A DNA stretch of 64,000 nt. Origin: a virus. A program made the position numbers and the translations under genes. The first letter of the stretch is position 1, and every line of letters begins with the position of its first letter. Under the pieces are notes generated by a model. It was not told where the DNA came from. It saw only the letters and a program-made list of their open reading frames with translations, and ran no database searches. The DNA lies in IMG/VR virus record IMGVR_UViG_3300017714_002439; one strand, written 5' to 3'. This document shows positions 9,304 to 18,196 of the stretch, piece after piece.

Positions 9304-10003
9304 TCTCTTTCCAATTTTTATCTTTAACATTTAGCACTAATTTATTATTAGTGTTTATTCTATCTTGCATGTTATGATAAAGCGTGTTCTTAACACTAAT
9401 TAAATATTCGGTCCAATATTCATCTTTCATTAATGTTCCGTGTGTTTTTTGAGCCCATATATCTGCTACAGTAAAGTCTTTCTTTATCTCACTCATACAT
9501 TTTAAAAATACTAAATGCGGATTATTTTCTGGCACAATGTCTGCCATTCTTAGCCACCCTGGAAATTTTGCAGTAGTTTTCATATAACGTTCTGCAAGTG
9601 GATCTATATCATGGATTAAATTAATTACTTTACAGTTAGGAAACCAATGTAATAGCTCTTTAGGCTTACTATGTGTGCAATACACGAACGATTTATCAGT
9701 ATCTGGTGCTAATTGCTTAAACTTTTCAGCAAACATACTATAATAATACTCTGGAAATGGAAAAAAGTCTTTAACATAATCCCATGTAGGTGGAAGTTTC
9801 CCATTTGGCACAATTCTATCAAAATGTGCTGGTGCAACCTTGCGTTGTCTTATTGTAGTATGTTTTGTATTAATGTTCCATGGATTAATTCCATTATCTA
9901 TATGGCTATACCAATATATATTTGGAAGAGTTGCAATTGTTCTTGCAAGTCTATGACCACCGCCACCTTGTTCAAAACTAACAAATATAATATTATTCAT
10001 CAA
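9281..10003 (-). CDS. Hypothetical protein, possibly sulfotransferase-like fold
   Basis: N-terminal strand plus Gly-rich loop FEQGGGGHRLAR and a VYCTH motif; the family assignment is weak. Confidence 0.5.
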   Translation of the reverse strand: MMNNIIFVSFEQGGGGHRLARTIATLPNIYWYSHIDNGINPWNINTKHTTIRQRKVAPAHFDRIVPNGKLPPTWDYVKDFFPFPEYYYSMFAEKFKQLAPDTDKSFVYCTHSKPKELLHWFPNCKVINLIHDIDPLAERYMKTTAKFPGWLRMADIVPENNPHLVFLKCMSEIKKDFTVADIWAQKTHGTLMKDEYWTEYLISVKNTLYHNMQDRINTNNKLVLNVKDKNWKEIKSFLTS

Positions 10004-10271
10004 TAGTCTCTACATGTATTCCACGTATCCATTCATACCATTCTTTGGATCGTCTTTTTGCTTCCATATGTTCTGGGTTATGAGCCCAATCTGTAACATC
10101 TTCTTTACTACGCCAAGTGCTAACAGTAATTTCAATATCACCTATCTCTTCGTTTGTAATAGAAACAAACCCTGAATGACTTTCAGCAAGTTCACGCATT
10201 CTTTTACTCATTGTTACATACTCACTTGGCATAGGTGATTTCATTTTTGCTATAAAAAATACTTTAATCAT
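9993..10271 (-). CDS. Antibiotic biosynthesis monooxygenase (ABM) domain protein
   Basis: SGFVS and ITVSTWRSKEDVTDWAHNPEH pattern; 92 aa. Confidence 0.75.
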   Translation of the reverse strand: MIKVFFIAKMKSPMPSEYVTMSKRMRELAESHSGFVSITNEEIGDIEITVSTWRSKEDVTDWAHNPEHMEAKRRSKEWYEWIRGIHVETIDE

Positions 10272-10425
10272 TTTCTTTTTTTAACTCTTCAATAACTTTT
10301 TTCTTAATTGGCATTGTAACAATAGATCCTGTTGTAACTTTATAACCACCTATTTGAAATAATGTAGGACCAATACACCCTGTTAACATAATGCACAGGC
10401 AAAAAATAGCTAAGGTGTTTATCAC
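10264..10425 (-). CDS. Small predicted lipoprotein (53 aa), not in the ORF track
   Basis: GTG start overlapping the upstream stop; MINTLAIFCLCIMLTGC contains an LTGC lipobox; stop overlaps the ABM gene start. Confidence 0.55.
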   Translation of the reverse strand: MINTLAIFCLCIMLTGCIGPTLFQIGGYKVTTGSIVTMPIKKKVIEELKKEND

Positions 10426-11123
10426 TTTCTTCCTTTGTAATACAAGGTTCCTTGAGAATTTACTACAACATCATCTTGTGTATTAAACCAGCCACTGTAA
10501 ACACATATGTCACCATTCACAAAAAACTTACCATCTACAATATTCCATTTACAATAAAAATTATCTCCTAAAATAGTTGCATCTGGTATTGCATGTTCTT
10601 GGTAATATGCAACATCATTCATATTACGAAATACAGTATTAATAGCAGTAGGACCTACTTCACTCATACCCCAATTTGCCATAAATGTAGCTCCTTGTTT
10701 TACAAATGCTTCAATAATATCCCAATCAACTGGATCACTTCCTACTGTAACCCAAATACCAGTTAAGTCTAGATCGTAAAAGTTTTTAGTTTTCATTAAT
10801 GCACGACAATGTGCAGGAACTAAATGTGTATGTGTATAGTTATTAATTTTACTATTAAACGTATAAGCATTAAATGGCTCTACATCAATATGAGCACCTA
10901 CTGTAAAACCGGGTAATGTTTGTGCTAATAATCCACCTGCATGTTCCATTTTACAAACAGTGTATATTCTACTATCACTGTTTATGTTTTGACATTCAAC
11001 AGCAACTTTATTTGCCGCTGTTATTTTATTAATACTTTGACGTATTTCTTTAGGCTCACCAGTAGTTCCACTACTACGTATCACACCGCCTTTAAAAATC
11101 CAATCAGTTAGTTTAAGATCCAT
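10422..11123 (-). CDS. Minimal AMP-binding (adenylate-forming) enzyme core
   Basis: SSGTTGEPK, VTVGSDPV, WGMSEVGP and FNTQD motifs in only 233 aa. Confidence 0.65.
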   Translation of the reverse strand: MDLKLTDWIFKGGVIRSSGTTGEPKEIRQSINKITAANKVAVECQNINSDSRIYTVCKMEHAGGLLAQTLPGFTVGAHIDVEPFNAYTFNSKINNYTHTHLVPAHCRALMKTKNFYDLDLTGIWVTVGSDPVDWDIIEAFVKQGATFMANWGMSEVGPTAINTVFRNMNDVAYYQEHAIPDATILGDNFYCKWNIVDGKFFVNGDICVYSGWFNTQDDVVVNSQGTLYYKGRK

Positions 11124-11649
11124 TTCTTACTCTTTCATAATTCTCTATATCTAATAGCCATACATTTTGATTTACATTAAATATCTCTTCTTTGCCTAAA
11201 CAACATACAATATCATATTTTTCTAGTGTTAAAAAAGTTTTATTAACTTTTTGCATTCTACCACTTTGATCAGTATCTGTGTTTGTTGTTATATATAAAA
11301 ATGGATGTTCAGACATTGAGTGACCTTTAGCCCATTCAATTTGGTATGGTAACTGACTATAAAAGCAATAACTTTGCATATGATATCTGTTTAATCCGCA
11401 TGGTCTACTTTCAAGTTGAGCACCACGGAATAATAGACGCCACCCATCTTTAAATGGATGTATTCCACTAAGACTAATAATTTCATCTTTACTGTCATGT
11501 GTTGCAAACCACATGCCACCTTCTTCTAAACACCATTCAAACTTCATGGCTTTAAGAGAGTTATTATTTTTATATCCTAACTCATCACATTTTGTTAAAA
11601 AATTCATTAACTGTGGAGTCGGACTGGTTAACTTGGTCGTGTATATCAT
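11113..11649 (-). CDS. Hypothetical protein, possible GNAT-like acyltransferase
   Basis: Start trimmed to MIYTTKL; strand pattern WFAT..IISLSGIHPF..WRLLFRG resembles a GNAT core, weakly. Confidence 0.45.
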   Translation of the reverse strand: MIYTTKLTSPTPQLMNFLTKCDELGYKNNNSLKAMKFEWCLEEGGMWFATHDSKDEIISLSGIHPFKDGWRLLFRGAQLESRPCGLNRYHMQSYCFYSQLPYQIEWAKGHSMSEHPFLYITTNTDTDQSGRMQKVNKTFLTLEKYDIVCCLGKEEIFNVNQNVWLLDIENYERVRNGS

Positions 11650-11655
11650 GTTTAT

Positions 11656-11684
11656 ATTATATAATAAGGTTGACAATTTGTCAA
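11656..11684 (-). promoter_or_regulatory. Sigma70 consensus promoter, leftward
   Basis: Minus strand TTGACA (11684-11679), 17 nt, TATAAT (11661-11656). Confidence 0.75.
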
Positions 11685-11698
11685 GATCTACTTATAAT
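11670..11698 (+). promoter_or_regulatory. Sigma70 consensus promoter, rightward
   Basis: TTGACA-17 nt-TATAAT. Confidence 0.8.
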
Positions 11699-11735
11699 AA
11701 ATAAAGTAGTAATCATATTTATACACGGAGAAACA

Positions 11736-12521
11736 ATGGCAATTTTAGAACTTGAAGTTTTAAAGGTTCAGCACTATACTGACGACCTCTTTCATTTTAC
11801 AGTAGCACGTGATCCTGGATTAAGATTCAGAGATGGCGAATTTGTAATGATTGGATTAAATAACTGGTCAGAAAAACTACAAAAGAATAAACCAATAATG
11901 AGGGCATATAGTGTAGCAAGCCCTAACCATCAAGAAACAATAGAATTTTATAGTATTAAAGTTCAAGAAGGACCTTTAACTAGTAAACTACAACACGTAG
12001 TTCCAGGAGATAAAATATTAGTAAATGACAAAGCAGTAGGCACATTAGTTAATACAAATATTAAACCAGGACGTAATTTATACTTACTAGCAACAGGAAC
12101 AGGTGTAGCACCATTTTTATCAATAGCACGTGGAGTAGACACATACGAATACTATGAAAATGTAATATTAGTATGGGGAGCAAGAACAGTTGCAGAACTT
12201 CCATTTGATGCAATGTTTAGGAATTTAAACGAAGATGAAATATACCAACATGTTACAGAAGGCAAATTTAAATTTTATCCAACAGTAACAAGACAACTTT
12301 ATGAAAACGAAGGCCGTGTAACTGATGCAATGTATGAAGGTAAAGTGCAAGAAAAACTAGACTTACCAGAACTAGATTCAGAACAAGATAGAGTTATGAT
12401 ATGTGGAAGTATTCCAATGAACAATGAACTAGTAAAATGGCTAGAAGGCAAAGGGTTTGAAGAAGGCAATAATAAAACACCTGGAACTTATGTAGTGGAG
12501 AGAGCATTTGTAGAACAATGA
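11736..12521 (+). CDS. fpr: Ferredoxin/flavodoxin-NADP+ reductase (bacterial Fpr type)
   Basis: RAYSVAS, GPLTSKL, LLATGTGVAPF, MICGS and VVERAF motifs; GGAG RBS before ATG 11736. Confidence 0.9.
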   Translation: MAILELEVLKVQHYTDDLFHFTVARDPGLRFRDGEFVMIGLNNWSEKLQKNKPIMRAYSVASPNHQETIEFYSIKVQEGPLTSKLQHVVPGDKILVNDKAVGTLVNTNIKPGRNLYLLATGTGVAPFLSIARGVDTYEYYENVILVWGARTVAELPFDAMFRNLNEDEIYQHVTEGKFKFYPTVTRQLYENEGRVTDAMYEGKVQEKLDLPELDSEQDRVMICGSIPMNNELVKWLEGKGFEEGNNKTPGTYVVERAFVEQ

Positions 12522-13285
12522 GTTACCAAGAGCTAATTAAAACACACAGAGATACTATTATAAAAAACTTTGAACCTGCACGGTGCGAAGAAAATGTGTT
12601 TAGCGAAAAAGAACTACATGATTTAACTTTGTATCAGTTTCAAAATGCAGATGACTTTCGGTGGACAAATACTAGCAGTAATATACAACCTATATTAAAT
12701 GTTACACGACTATTTGAAGACTTTACATGGTTACAAGATAAATTTGAATCAATACTAAAACACGACTTTAGTCAATATCATACAGGTAACTATTATATTA
12801 CTACCCAACTACATGATGCACATGTAGACTTAATGACAGAAACAGAAACAAAATTTGACTGGGCAGAGAATTTAATTCCCTATAAAAGTTGTGTAATACC
12901 GTTAGGCATTACAGCAGGCGCTGAAGCCCATACAGCATTTTTTAAACAAAGACATATTGGCACAAGTGTAACATTTGATCGTGTTGGGCAAAGTTCACAA
13001 GATAAAAGTATGTATGAGATTTCACGTGAATATCCAAAGTTAGAAAGACTAGATACTCCAACATTAGAAAACACAGATTATATATTTCCACACATAAACG
13101 AGGATAATATATGTGACTTTGATTTAGAAGCAGTGTTTCCATTTCAACCAGGTAATGCATTAGTATTTGATGCATGCCAGTTACATGCAAGTTGTGTAAC
13201 ACGTAAACGGCCAAACTTTAATTCATTGAAAACAGGAATTAATATACAATTTTATATAAATACAACTGGAAAAATAAACTCATAA
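12518..13285 (+). CDS. Putative 2OG-Fe(II) oxygenase-like protein
   Basis: HVD and later QLHAS metal-ligand pattern (LHDAHVDL, FDACQLHASC); paralogue at 35280. Confidence 0.5.
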   Translation: MSYQELIKTHRDTIIKNFEPARCEENVFSEKELHDLTLYQFQNADDFRWTNTSSNIQPILNVTRLFEDFTWLQDKFESILKHDFSQYHTGNYYITTQLHDAHVDLMTETETKFDWAENLIPYKSCVIPLGITAGAEAHTAFFKQRHIGTSVTFDRVGQSSQDKSMYEISREYPKLERLDTPTLENTDYIFPHINEDNICDFDLEAVFPFQPGNALVFDACQLHASCVTRKRPNFNSLKTGINIQFYINTTGKINS

Positions 13286-13331
13286 TTTTTTTTGAGCAAA
13301 TTTTTTTTTGAATAACAAAAAGGAAAAGAAA

Positions 13332-14162
13332 ATGACGCAACTCATAAACCCACAAAAATTTACAGATACAGTTGGCCTTTTAAGGTCATTTTTTTTGGCT
13401 AAAGGATTTTTAGAAGTCCACACCCAAAATAGATTAAGCATATTAGCGGCTTGCGAAGATCCGTTTAATGTAGCAACATACAATTACGCAGGCCAAGTAT
13501 GGCCGTTGCCCCAAACAGGCCAAATGTGGTTAGAACACGAATTATTAAGTAGCCCCGATAGTAAGGGGTTTTTTTGTGTCTCCACGTCCTACAGACAAGA
13601 ACCAAACGCAATACCAGGCAGACATGATATAATATTTCCAATGTTTGAATTTGAAATGCCAGGTAGTGTAGATGATCTAAAAGCAATGGAGTATGAACTA
13701 TGTGAATACTTAGGCTTTGGTAACATTACAGAAAAGACTTATGCTGAATGGCAACAACACTTTGGACTAAGTGCTGATACAGAAATGGAAGCAGAACACG
13801 AACTTGCAATGGAAAAAGAGTTTGGACAAACACTTATTACAAACTTCCCTGAACTAACATCACCTTTCTGGAACATGGCAAGAAACGATGACGGCAACAC
13901 AGCAAAGAAGATGGATGTTATACTAGGTGGTATGGAAACTATTGGATCAGCAGAACGCAGTTGTAATGTTGATACGATGAGAGATACATTTCATAGTATT
14001 ACAGACGGTGCTTACTCAAAACTACTATTTGAATTATTTGGCAAAGATAGAGTAGAGGCAGAACTTGAAAAGTTTTTAGAGTTTGATTTCTTTCAAAGAG
14101 TTGGCGGAGGCATAGGTGTAACACGTATGATTCCTGCACTAGAAAAAATTAACAAAATCTAG
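13332..14162 (+). CDS. Class II aminoacyl-tRNA synthetase catalytic-domain paralogue (AsnRS/asparagine synthetase-like) lacking an anticodon domain
   Basis: PLPQTGQMWLE, SYRQEP..RH..F.MFEFE (motif 2), ETIGSAER and GGGIGVTRM (motif 3). Confidence 0.8.
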   Translation: MTQLINPQKFTDTVGLLRSFFLAKGFLEVHTQNRLSILAACEDPFNVATYNYAGQVWPLPQTGQMWLEHELLSSPDSKGFFCVSTSYRQEPNAIPGRHDIIFPMFEFEMPGSVDDLKAMEYELCEYLGFGNITEKTYAEWQQHFGLSADTEMEAEHELAMEKEFGQTLITNFPELTSPFWNMARNDDGNTAKKMDVILGGMETIGSAERSCNVDTMRDTFHSITDGAYSKLLFELFGKDRVEAELEKFLEFDFFQRVGGGIGVTRMIPALEKINKI

Positions 14163-14179
14163 AAAGCATAAATATTAAT

Positions 14180-14275
14180 ATAGGGTAACTAACCTAACTG
14201 GCCCGGGCAGAGATTCATTGTTTACATGTCAACCCCCTTAGGAATATAGCCAAACGGACAGGTTAACCCCTAATT
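14180..14275 (+). ncRNA. Candidate structured RNA or leader
   Basis: Begins 5 nt after TAAATA; the 5' AGGGT..TAACCT can pair with the 3' AGGTTA.CCCCT; GC-rich relative to flanks. No family recognised. Confidence 0.35.
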
Positions 14276-14295
14276 AATTACAAGGAAATAAAAAT

Positions 14296-15048
14296 ATGCA
14301 CACATTATATTTGGTAGTTAGCCAAAGTTGTATCAACCAAATGGAAATTCCATATCTATTAAACAACAGCCCTGAATTACATGGAACAAGTGGACCAGGA
14401 CAACATTGGGCAGGTTATGAACTAAACGGTGAAGCAGTAGATCACGAAGCAGGACCTTTAGGTAAAATACGAGTGCATGATGATTACTGGAATTTAGATG
14501 ACGAAGATAAACAATGGTATAACTTTGATATTCGTAACGAAATGAATATTTCAGAGGAACAATTAAATGGATTACTTAATATAAGCAACAAATATTCAAT
14601 TGCATTATTATTACATGCTCAAAATTTTGATGATGTTTGGAAATGGAGTAGAACACAGAATGTTATTATAGTAAATCCAATTATTAGTCAATGGAGTGAA
14701 GCAGTGCAAACATGGGCGGCTAGAGAGTATAACTATCTAATGGAAGATGACAAAAATGCTAATTACAGCGGATATGATCATGTTTGGCCAGGAACACAAG
14801 AAGTTGCAGAAAAGTTTGTAGAACGCATGAAATATGATAATGTAATAGCAGAACGTAACTCAGACAGATTAATAAAACAACCACAGTGGATGCAAGCACC
14901 AGAAATATACACACTATGGGATAGTGTTGGAATACAGCCACCACAAAGTGAATGGATTGATGCATACGTTGACGATTACAATAAGCATCAAGAATATGAT
15001 ATAGATAAAGTAAATGAATTGAAGGATGCATATGACAAAATCAGATAA
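14296..15048 (+). CDS. Hypothetical protein
   Basis: 250 aa ORF with AAGGA RBS. Confidence 0.7.
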   Translation: MHTLYLVVSQSCINQMEIPYLLNNSPELHGTSGPGQHWAGYELNGEAVDHEAGPLGKIRVHDDYWNLDDEDKQWYNFDIRNEMNISEEQLNGLLNISNKYSIALLLHAQNFDDVWKWSRTQNVIIVNPIISQWSEAVQTWAAREYNYLMEDDKNANYSGYDHVWPGTQEVAEKFVERMKYDNVIAERNSDRLIKQPQWMQAPEIYTLWDSVGIQPPQSEWIDAYVDDYNKHQEYDIDKVNELKDAYDKIR

Positions 15049-15439
15049 TATAGATACTAAGTCAGAATTAACTCAAGTAGAAAAAACAAGCTTCTTGCCA
15101 TTTAAAGAAACAATCAAAATTTACGTTTTTAAAAAAGAAAATTCAGTTCAACTTAGTTTTCGTTTTTCAGATAATGCAGTGTTTACTGATAAATTAAGTA
15201 TTCCAGACATGCATATTATTTGCAATGAATGGGATAATGGAGGTGTGAATGGAATTGAAACATGGATGGGAAAAGTGTTCTGGGAGAAGCGTAATTGTGG
15301 ACCAAGACCAGATTGTAAGCCTGCAGAGTTTGTAGCAATACAATTTAATAAATGGAATTTTAGATTAACAATAGAAGAAATGAATAACCTAATAAAGGAG
15401 TTTAATAAGCAGTTAAATAGTGCTAATTATTGGGATTAA
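15026..15439 (+). CDS. Hypothetical protein
   Basis: 137 aa ORF overlapping the upstream gene end. Confidence 0.6.
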   Translation: MHMTKSDNIDTKSELTQVEKTSFLPFKETIKIYVFKKENSVQLSFRFSDNAVFTDKLSIPDMHIICNEWDNGGVNGIETWMGKVFWEKRNCGPRPDCKPAEFVAIQFNKWNFRLTIEEMNNLIKEFNKQLNSANYWD

Positions 15440-15441
15440 GA

Positions 15442-15452
15442 TAAATAGCATT
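15442..15452 (+). promoter_or_regulatory. TAAATA-N5 leaderless late promoter
   Basis: TAAATA gcatt ATG(15453). Confidence 0.6.
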
Positions 15453-15950
15453 ATGGACATATATAAAAAAGACAAAGCAGTAAGCGTAGCACTTTCGATA
15501 GCCTTAATATTGCTAGTAGCCTGCCTGTCTTGTATGGTTTATTCATATGTTAAATTACAACAATCACATCCATTAGAAAACTTACGTGGCGCAATACTAC
15601 AACCAGTTTATGATGGAGATCCAGTTTTAGAGTTTCAAGGCACTTACGATAGATATGTAAAATGTAATATGACTGGATTTGATGTTCATTTATACAATAA
15701 AGAAACCGCTGATATCATTACATTAACACCAGTTCATTTAGCAAAACCAGTTCCAGTAATACCTGAACCAGCAGAAGGTATAAAAACAGAATTTGCATTA
15801 TTCATGCCAAAAACAATATACCCAGGAACATGGAAACCTTCATTTACAGGTTTTTATATATGTCAATTAGGTATATTTGTAGATCAAAAAGTTCAAAAAG
15901 TTGAACCAGAAGCTTTTATAATCAAAAGCAACACTACCACAAAACAATAG
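15453..15950 (+). CDS. Hypothetical membrane-anchored protein
   Basis: N-terminal TM helix; start moved to 15453 on the TAAATA-N5-ATG motif. Confidence 0.65.
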   Translation: MDIYKKDKAVSVALSIALILLVACLSCMVYSYVKLQQSHPLENLRGAILQPVYDGDPVLEFQGTYDRYVKCNMTGFDVHLYNKETADIITLTPVHLAKPVPVIPEPAEGIKTEFALFMPKTIYPGTWKPSFTGFYICQLGIFVDQKVQKVEPEAFIIKSNTTTKQ

Positions 15951-15951
15951 G

Positions 15952-15980
15952 TTGACAAAACCAAGACTTCTTGTTATAAT
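15952..15980 (+). promoter_or_regulatory. Sigma70 early promoter with CAAGA-NN-TCTTG spacer palindrome
   Basis: TTGACA aaaccaagacttcttgt TATAAT. Confidence 0.8.
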
Positions 15981-16011
15981 ACATACTAGTTTATTATAAT
16001 AAAGGAGAATT

Positions 16012-16200
16012 ATGTATCTAGGTAAAAGACAAAAAACAAGATTACATGAAAAATTATTTGCTGATTGGCAAATAAAAATCAAAAAACAATCACCTCATTT
16101 AACTAAACAATCGGTAAATTTATTAGCCGAATGGGCTGCAGAAGCTCAGATAACAAATTTGGAGAGCTATGACAAACTTACAGACTCAACTTCAACCTAA
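16012..16200 (+). CDS. Small hypothetical protein
   Basis: AAGGAG RBS; first gene after the promoter. Confidence 0.65.
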   Translation: MYLGKRQKTRLHEKLFADWQIKIKKQSPHLTKQSVNLLAEWAAEAQITNLESYDKLTDSTST

Positions 16201-16390
16201 AGACACATGTAGTATATGCGATAGTCCTTATGACGAGGATGCAGGTGGGATACAAGGATACTTTGGTATAATGCCAGTTACATTTTGTGAATGGTGTTAT
16301 AGTAGTATCTATGACATGCTTTATAAAGAAGTAGAAGAACATTACAAGGATAATCAAGAACCAGAACCTTGTGGAATGAGTAGAAAATAA
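16169..16390 (+). CDS. Small protein with two CxxC motifs (putative zinc ribbon)
   Basis: CSICD and FCEWC. Confidence 0.6.
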   Translation: MTNLQTQLQPKDTCSICDSPYDEDAGGIQGYFGIMPVTFCEWCYSSIYDMLYKEVEEHYKDNQEPEPCGMSRK

Positions 16391-16398
16391 ATACTTAT
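16388..16398 (+). promoter_or_regulatory. TAAATA-N5 leaderless late promoter
   Basis: TAAATA cttat ATG(16399). Confidence 0.55.
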
Positions 16399-16578
16399 AT
16401 GTTATACTTAATACTATTTTTCTGTGGAATACTTTTTACAATGGCTGTTGTATCAATTTGGATGCATGAAAAATCATATGATATACCAAAAATTCCTACT
16501 ACTTTATCAGAAGAAAAAGTAGATCAACTAAAATACAGAATATACAAGGCACAGCAAAGATTACAACAAAATAAATAG
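16399..16578 (+). CDS. Small membrane protein (59 aa), not in the ORF track
   Basis: MLYLILFFCGILFTMAVVSIW...QQNK; fills the gap between neighbours exactly. Confidence 0.6.
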   Translation: MLYLILFFCGILFTMAVVSIWMHEKSYDIPKIPTTLSEEKVDQLKYRIYKAQQRLQQNK

Positions 16579-16582
16579 TTGT
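16572..16582 (+). promoter_or_regulatory. TAAATA-N5 leaderless late promoter
   Basis: TAAATA gttgt ATG(16583). Confidence 0.6.
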
Positions 16583-17548
16583 ATGTTATATAAACGCATA
16601 CACACAATCCAATTTGATTTAAATGTTATATGTAATGCATTCTGCCCAGGATGCCATAGATACGCAGTAGTAGATGATGAAATGTATCTCAATCCATATC
16701 TACCATTTAATACTAGTGTAGATTTAAGCATTGTAGAACGTGTAATGGAAAATACTAGGTTAATTGATAACGTAGTAATTGATATGGTTGGGTTAGTAGG
16801 TGAGCCAATTGCACACAATGAGTTTTTAGATATAGTTGATATCATATATGGGCATAAACCTAATGCACGTATACACATTCACACAAATGGTGGATTACGC
16901 TCAGTAGAATTTTTCAAAGAACTTGCACATAAGTTAAATCATCAATCGTGGATTATATTCTCAATTGATGGATTAGCGGATACAAATCACAAATATAGAA
17001 TTGGAGTTATATGGGAAAAGGTAATGGAAAATGCAAAAGCATACATAGATGCAGGAGGAAAAGCAATATGGAAGTCTTTAGATTTTCCGTGGAATAGTCA
17101 CCAAAAAGAAGATATGCAATCATTATCAATTGATATGGGATTTAAAGGTTTTAGGTGGGAGAAAAATAGAGATGCTAATACTAAATGGATGGAAAAGTGG
17201 GTAAAAGCTGCAGAAAAGTTTAATCAAAAAACAAAAGCAAAACTAGGATACAAACAAGTATTATATCAACAACACTTTAATAGTATAAAAAATAGATGCT
17301 TTGATGATGAAGCAATTTACATAAATTATCAAGGTAAAGTTTTGCCATGTTGTATGTTTAATGCATCATTAACAGATGAGTCATATATGGACGAAATGAA
17401 ACCCTATATTAATGAAAATAATGAGAATTGGAACAGTTTAGAGCACAATACACTAGAAAATGTGATGAATAATAAATGGTGGCACAAGCTGTATGGCCAT
17501 TTAGATACTAAACCATGCAGTGTTTGTATCCATGCCTGTGATACATAA
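16583..17548 (+). CDS. Radical SAM enzyme with C-terminal SPASM/twitch-like domain
   Basis: CNAFCPGC (CxxxCxxC), GEP, HTNG, FSIDG, VLPCC and a C-terminal CSVC...C. Confidence 0.85.
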   Translation: MLYKRIHTIQFDLNVICNAFCPGCHRYAVVDDEMYLNPYLPFNTSVDLSIVERVMENTRLIDNVVIDMVGLVGEPIAHNEFLDIVDIIYGHKPNARIHIHTNGGLRSVEFFKELAHKLNHQSWIIFSIDGLADTNHKYRIGVIWEKVMENAKAYIDAGGKAIWKSLDFPWNSHQKEDMQSLSIDMGFKGFRWEKNRDANTKWMEKWVKAAEKFNQKTKAKLGYKQVLYQQHFNSIKNRCFDDEAIYINYQGKVLPCCMFNASLTDESYMDEMKPYINENNENWNSLEHNTLENVMNNKWWHKLYGHLDTKPCSVCIHACDT

Positions 17549-17567
17549 AATAAATGCATTTTTCTGG

Positions 17568-17596
17568 TTGACAACCAAGACATCTTAGTGTATATT
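17568..17596 (+). promoter_or_regulatory. Sigma70 early promoter with AAGA-CA-TCTT spacer
   Basis: TTGACA accaagacatcttagtg TATATT; 31 nt identical to the copy at 19391. Confidence 0.8.
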
Positions 17597-17628
17597 GTAT
17601 ATATAAGCTAATAAAACAGGAGTTGAAA

Positions 17629-17979
17629 ATGCAAAACGAAATAAACACACTATTACAAGCAATCAAAACTGACTACATTAGGTGGACTACTAAAGGTGGT
17701 AAAGAAGAACTTACAGGTTACTTCAAAGAAACAGTTGATAAGTTTGATGATAGTTTTACAGTTAAAGTTGGTAAAAAATATACAAAGATTATCAGAGATG
17801 GTGGTGTTTGGGGTTTTATTGCTAATGATGATTTTGTAACATCAAATGGTAAATCATTTACAAAAGGTGATATACTTAAAGCCGCTGGATGGCAGGCACC
17901 TGCACTAAACAGTGCAAGAGGTAATATATTTGATGATAATTATTCAGTTGCGTGGACTGGTCCACATTATTTAAAATAG
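17629..17979 (+). CDS. Conserved phage hypothetical protein
   Basis: KKYTKI..VWGFI..GDILKAAGWQAPA pattern recurrent in large phages; AGGAG RBS. Confidence 0.7.
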   Translation: MQNEINTLLQAIKTDYIRWTTKGGKEELTGYFKETVDKFDDSFTVKVGKKYTKIIRDGGVWGFIANDDFVTSNGKSFTKGDILKAAGWQAPALNSARGNIFDDNYSVAWTGPHYLK

Positions 17980-17990
17980 AAAGGAAATAT

Positions 17991-18185
17991 ATGTCAAAAA
18001 CAATGCAATGGGCGTGGGATAAAGCAGAAGAAAAATTAGAAGATACTGTTGATAAATTGAGATGTGGTTTTATTACTCAAAGTCAAGCAGTAAAAGAAAT
18101 CCAAGATGCCAATGAGGCATGGGAATTAATGGGATTTGATACAATTGATGATGTCATTGATTATATGGTAGACGAAGCAAAATAA
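17991..18185 (+). CDS. Small hypothetical protein
   Basis: AAGGA RBS before ATG 17991. Confidence 0.6.
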   Translation: MSKTMQWAWDKAEEKLEDTVDKLRCGFITQSQAVKEIQDANEAWELMGFDTIDDVIDYMVDEAK

Positions 18186-18196
18186 GGAGAATACTA

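Noticed and set aside
11592-11735. ORF-track N-terminal extensions (fpr 11592; also 11676, 33112, 37871, 40482, 41873, 49193, 52856)
   Set aside because: They run through promoter sequence or upstream genes; downstream ATGs have an RBS or the TAAATA-N5 motif and match family N-termini.
13284-13331. Two T runs separated by GAGCAAA upstream of the aaRS paralogue
   Set aside because: No GC stem for a terminator and only low-complexity similarity; could be homopolymer noise.
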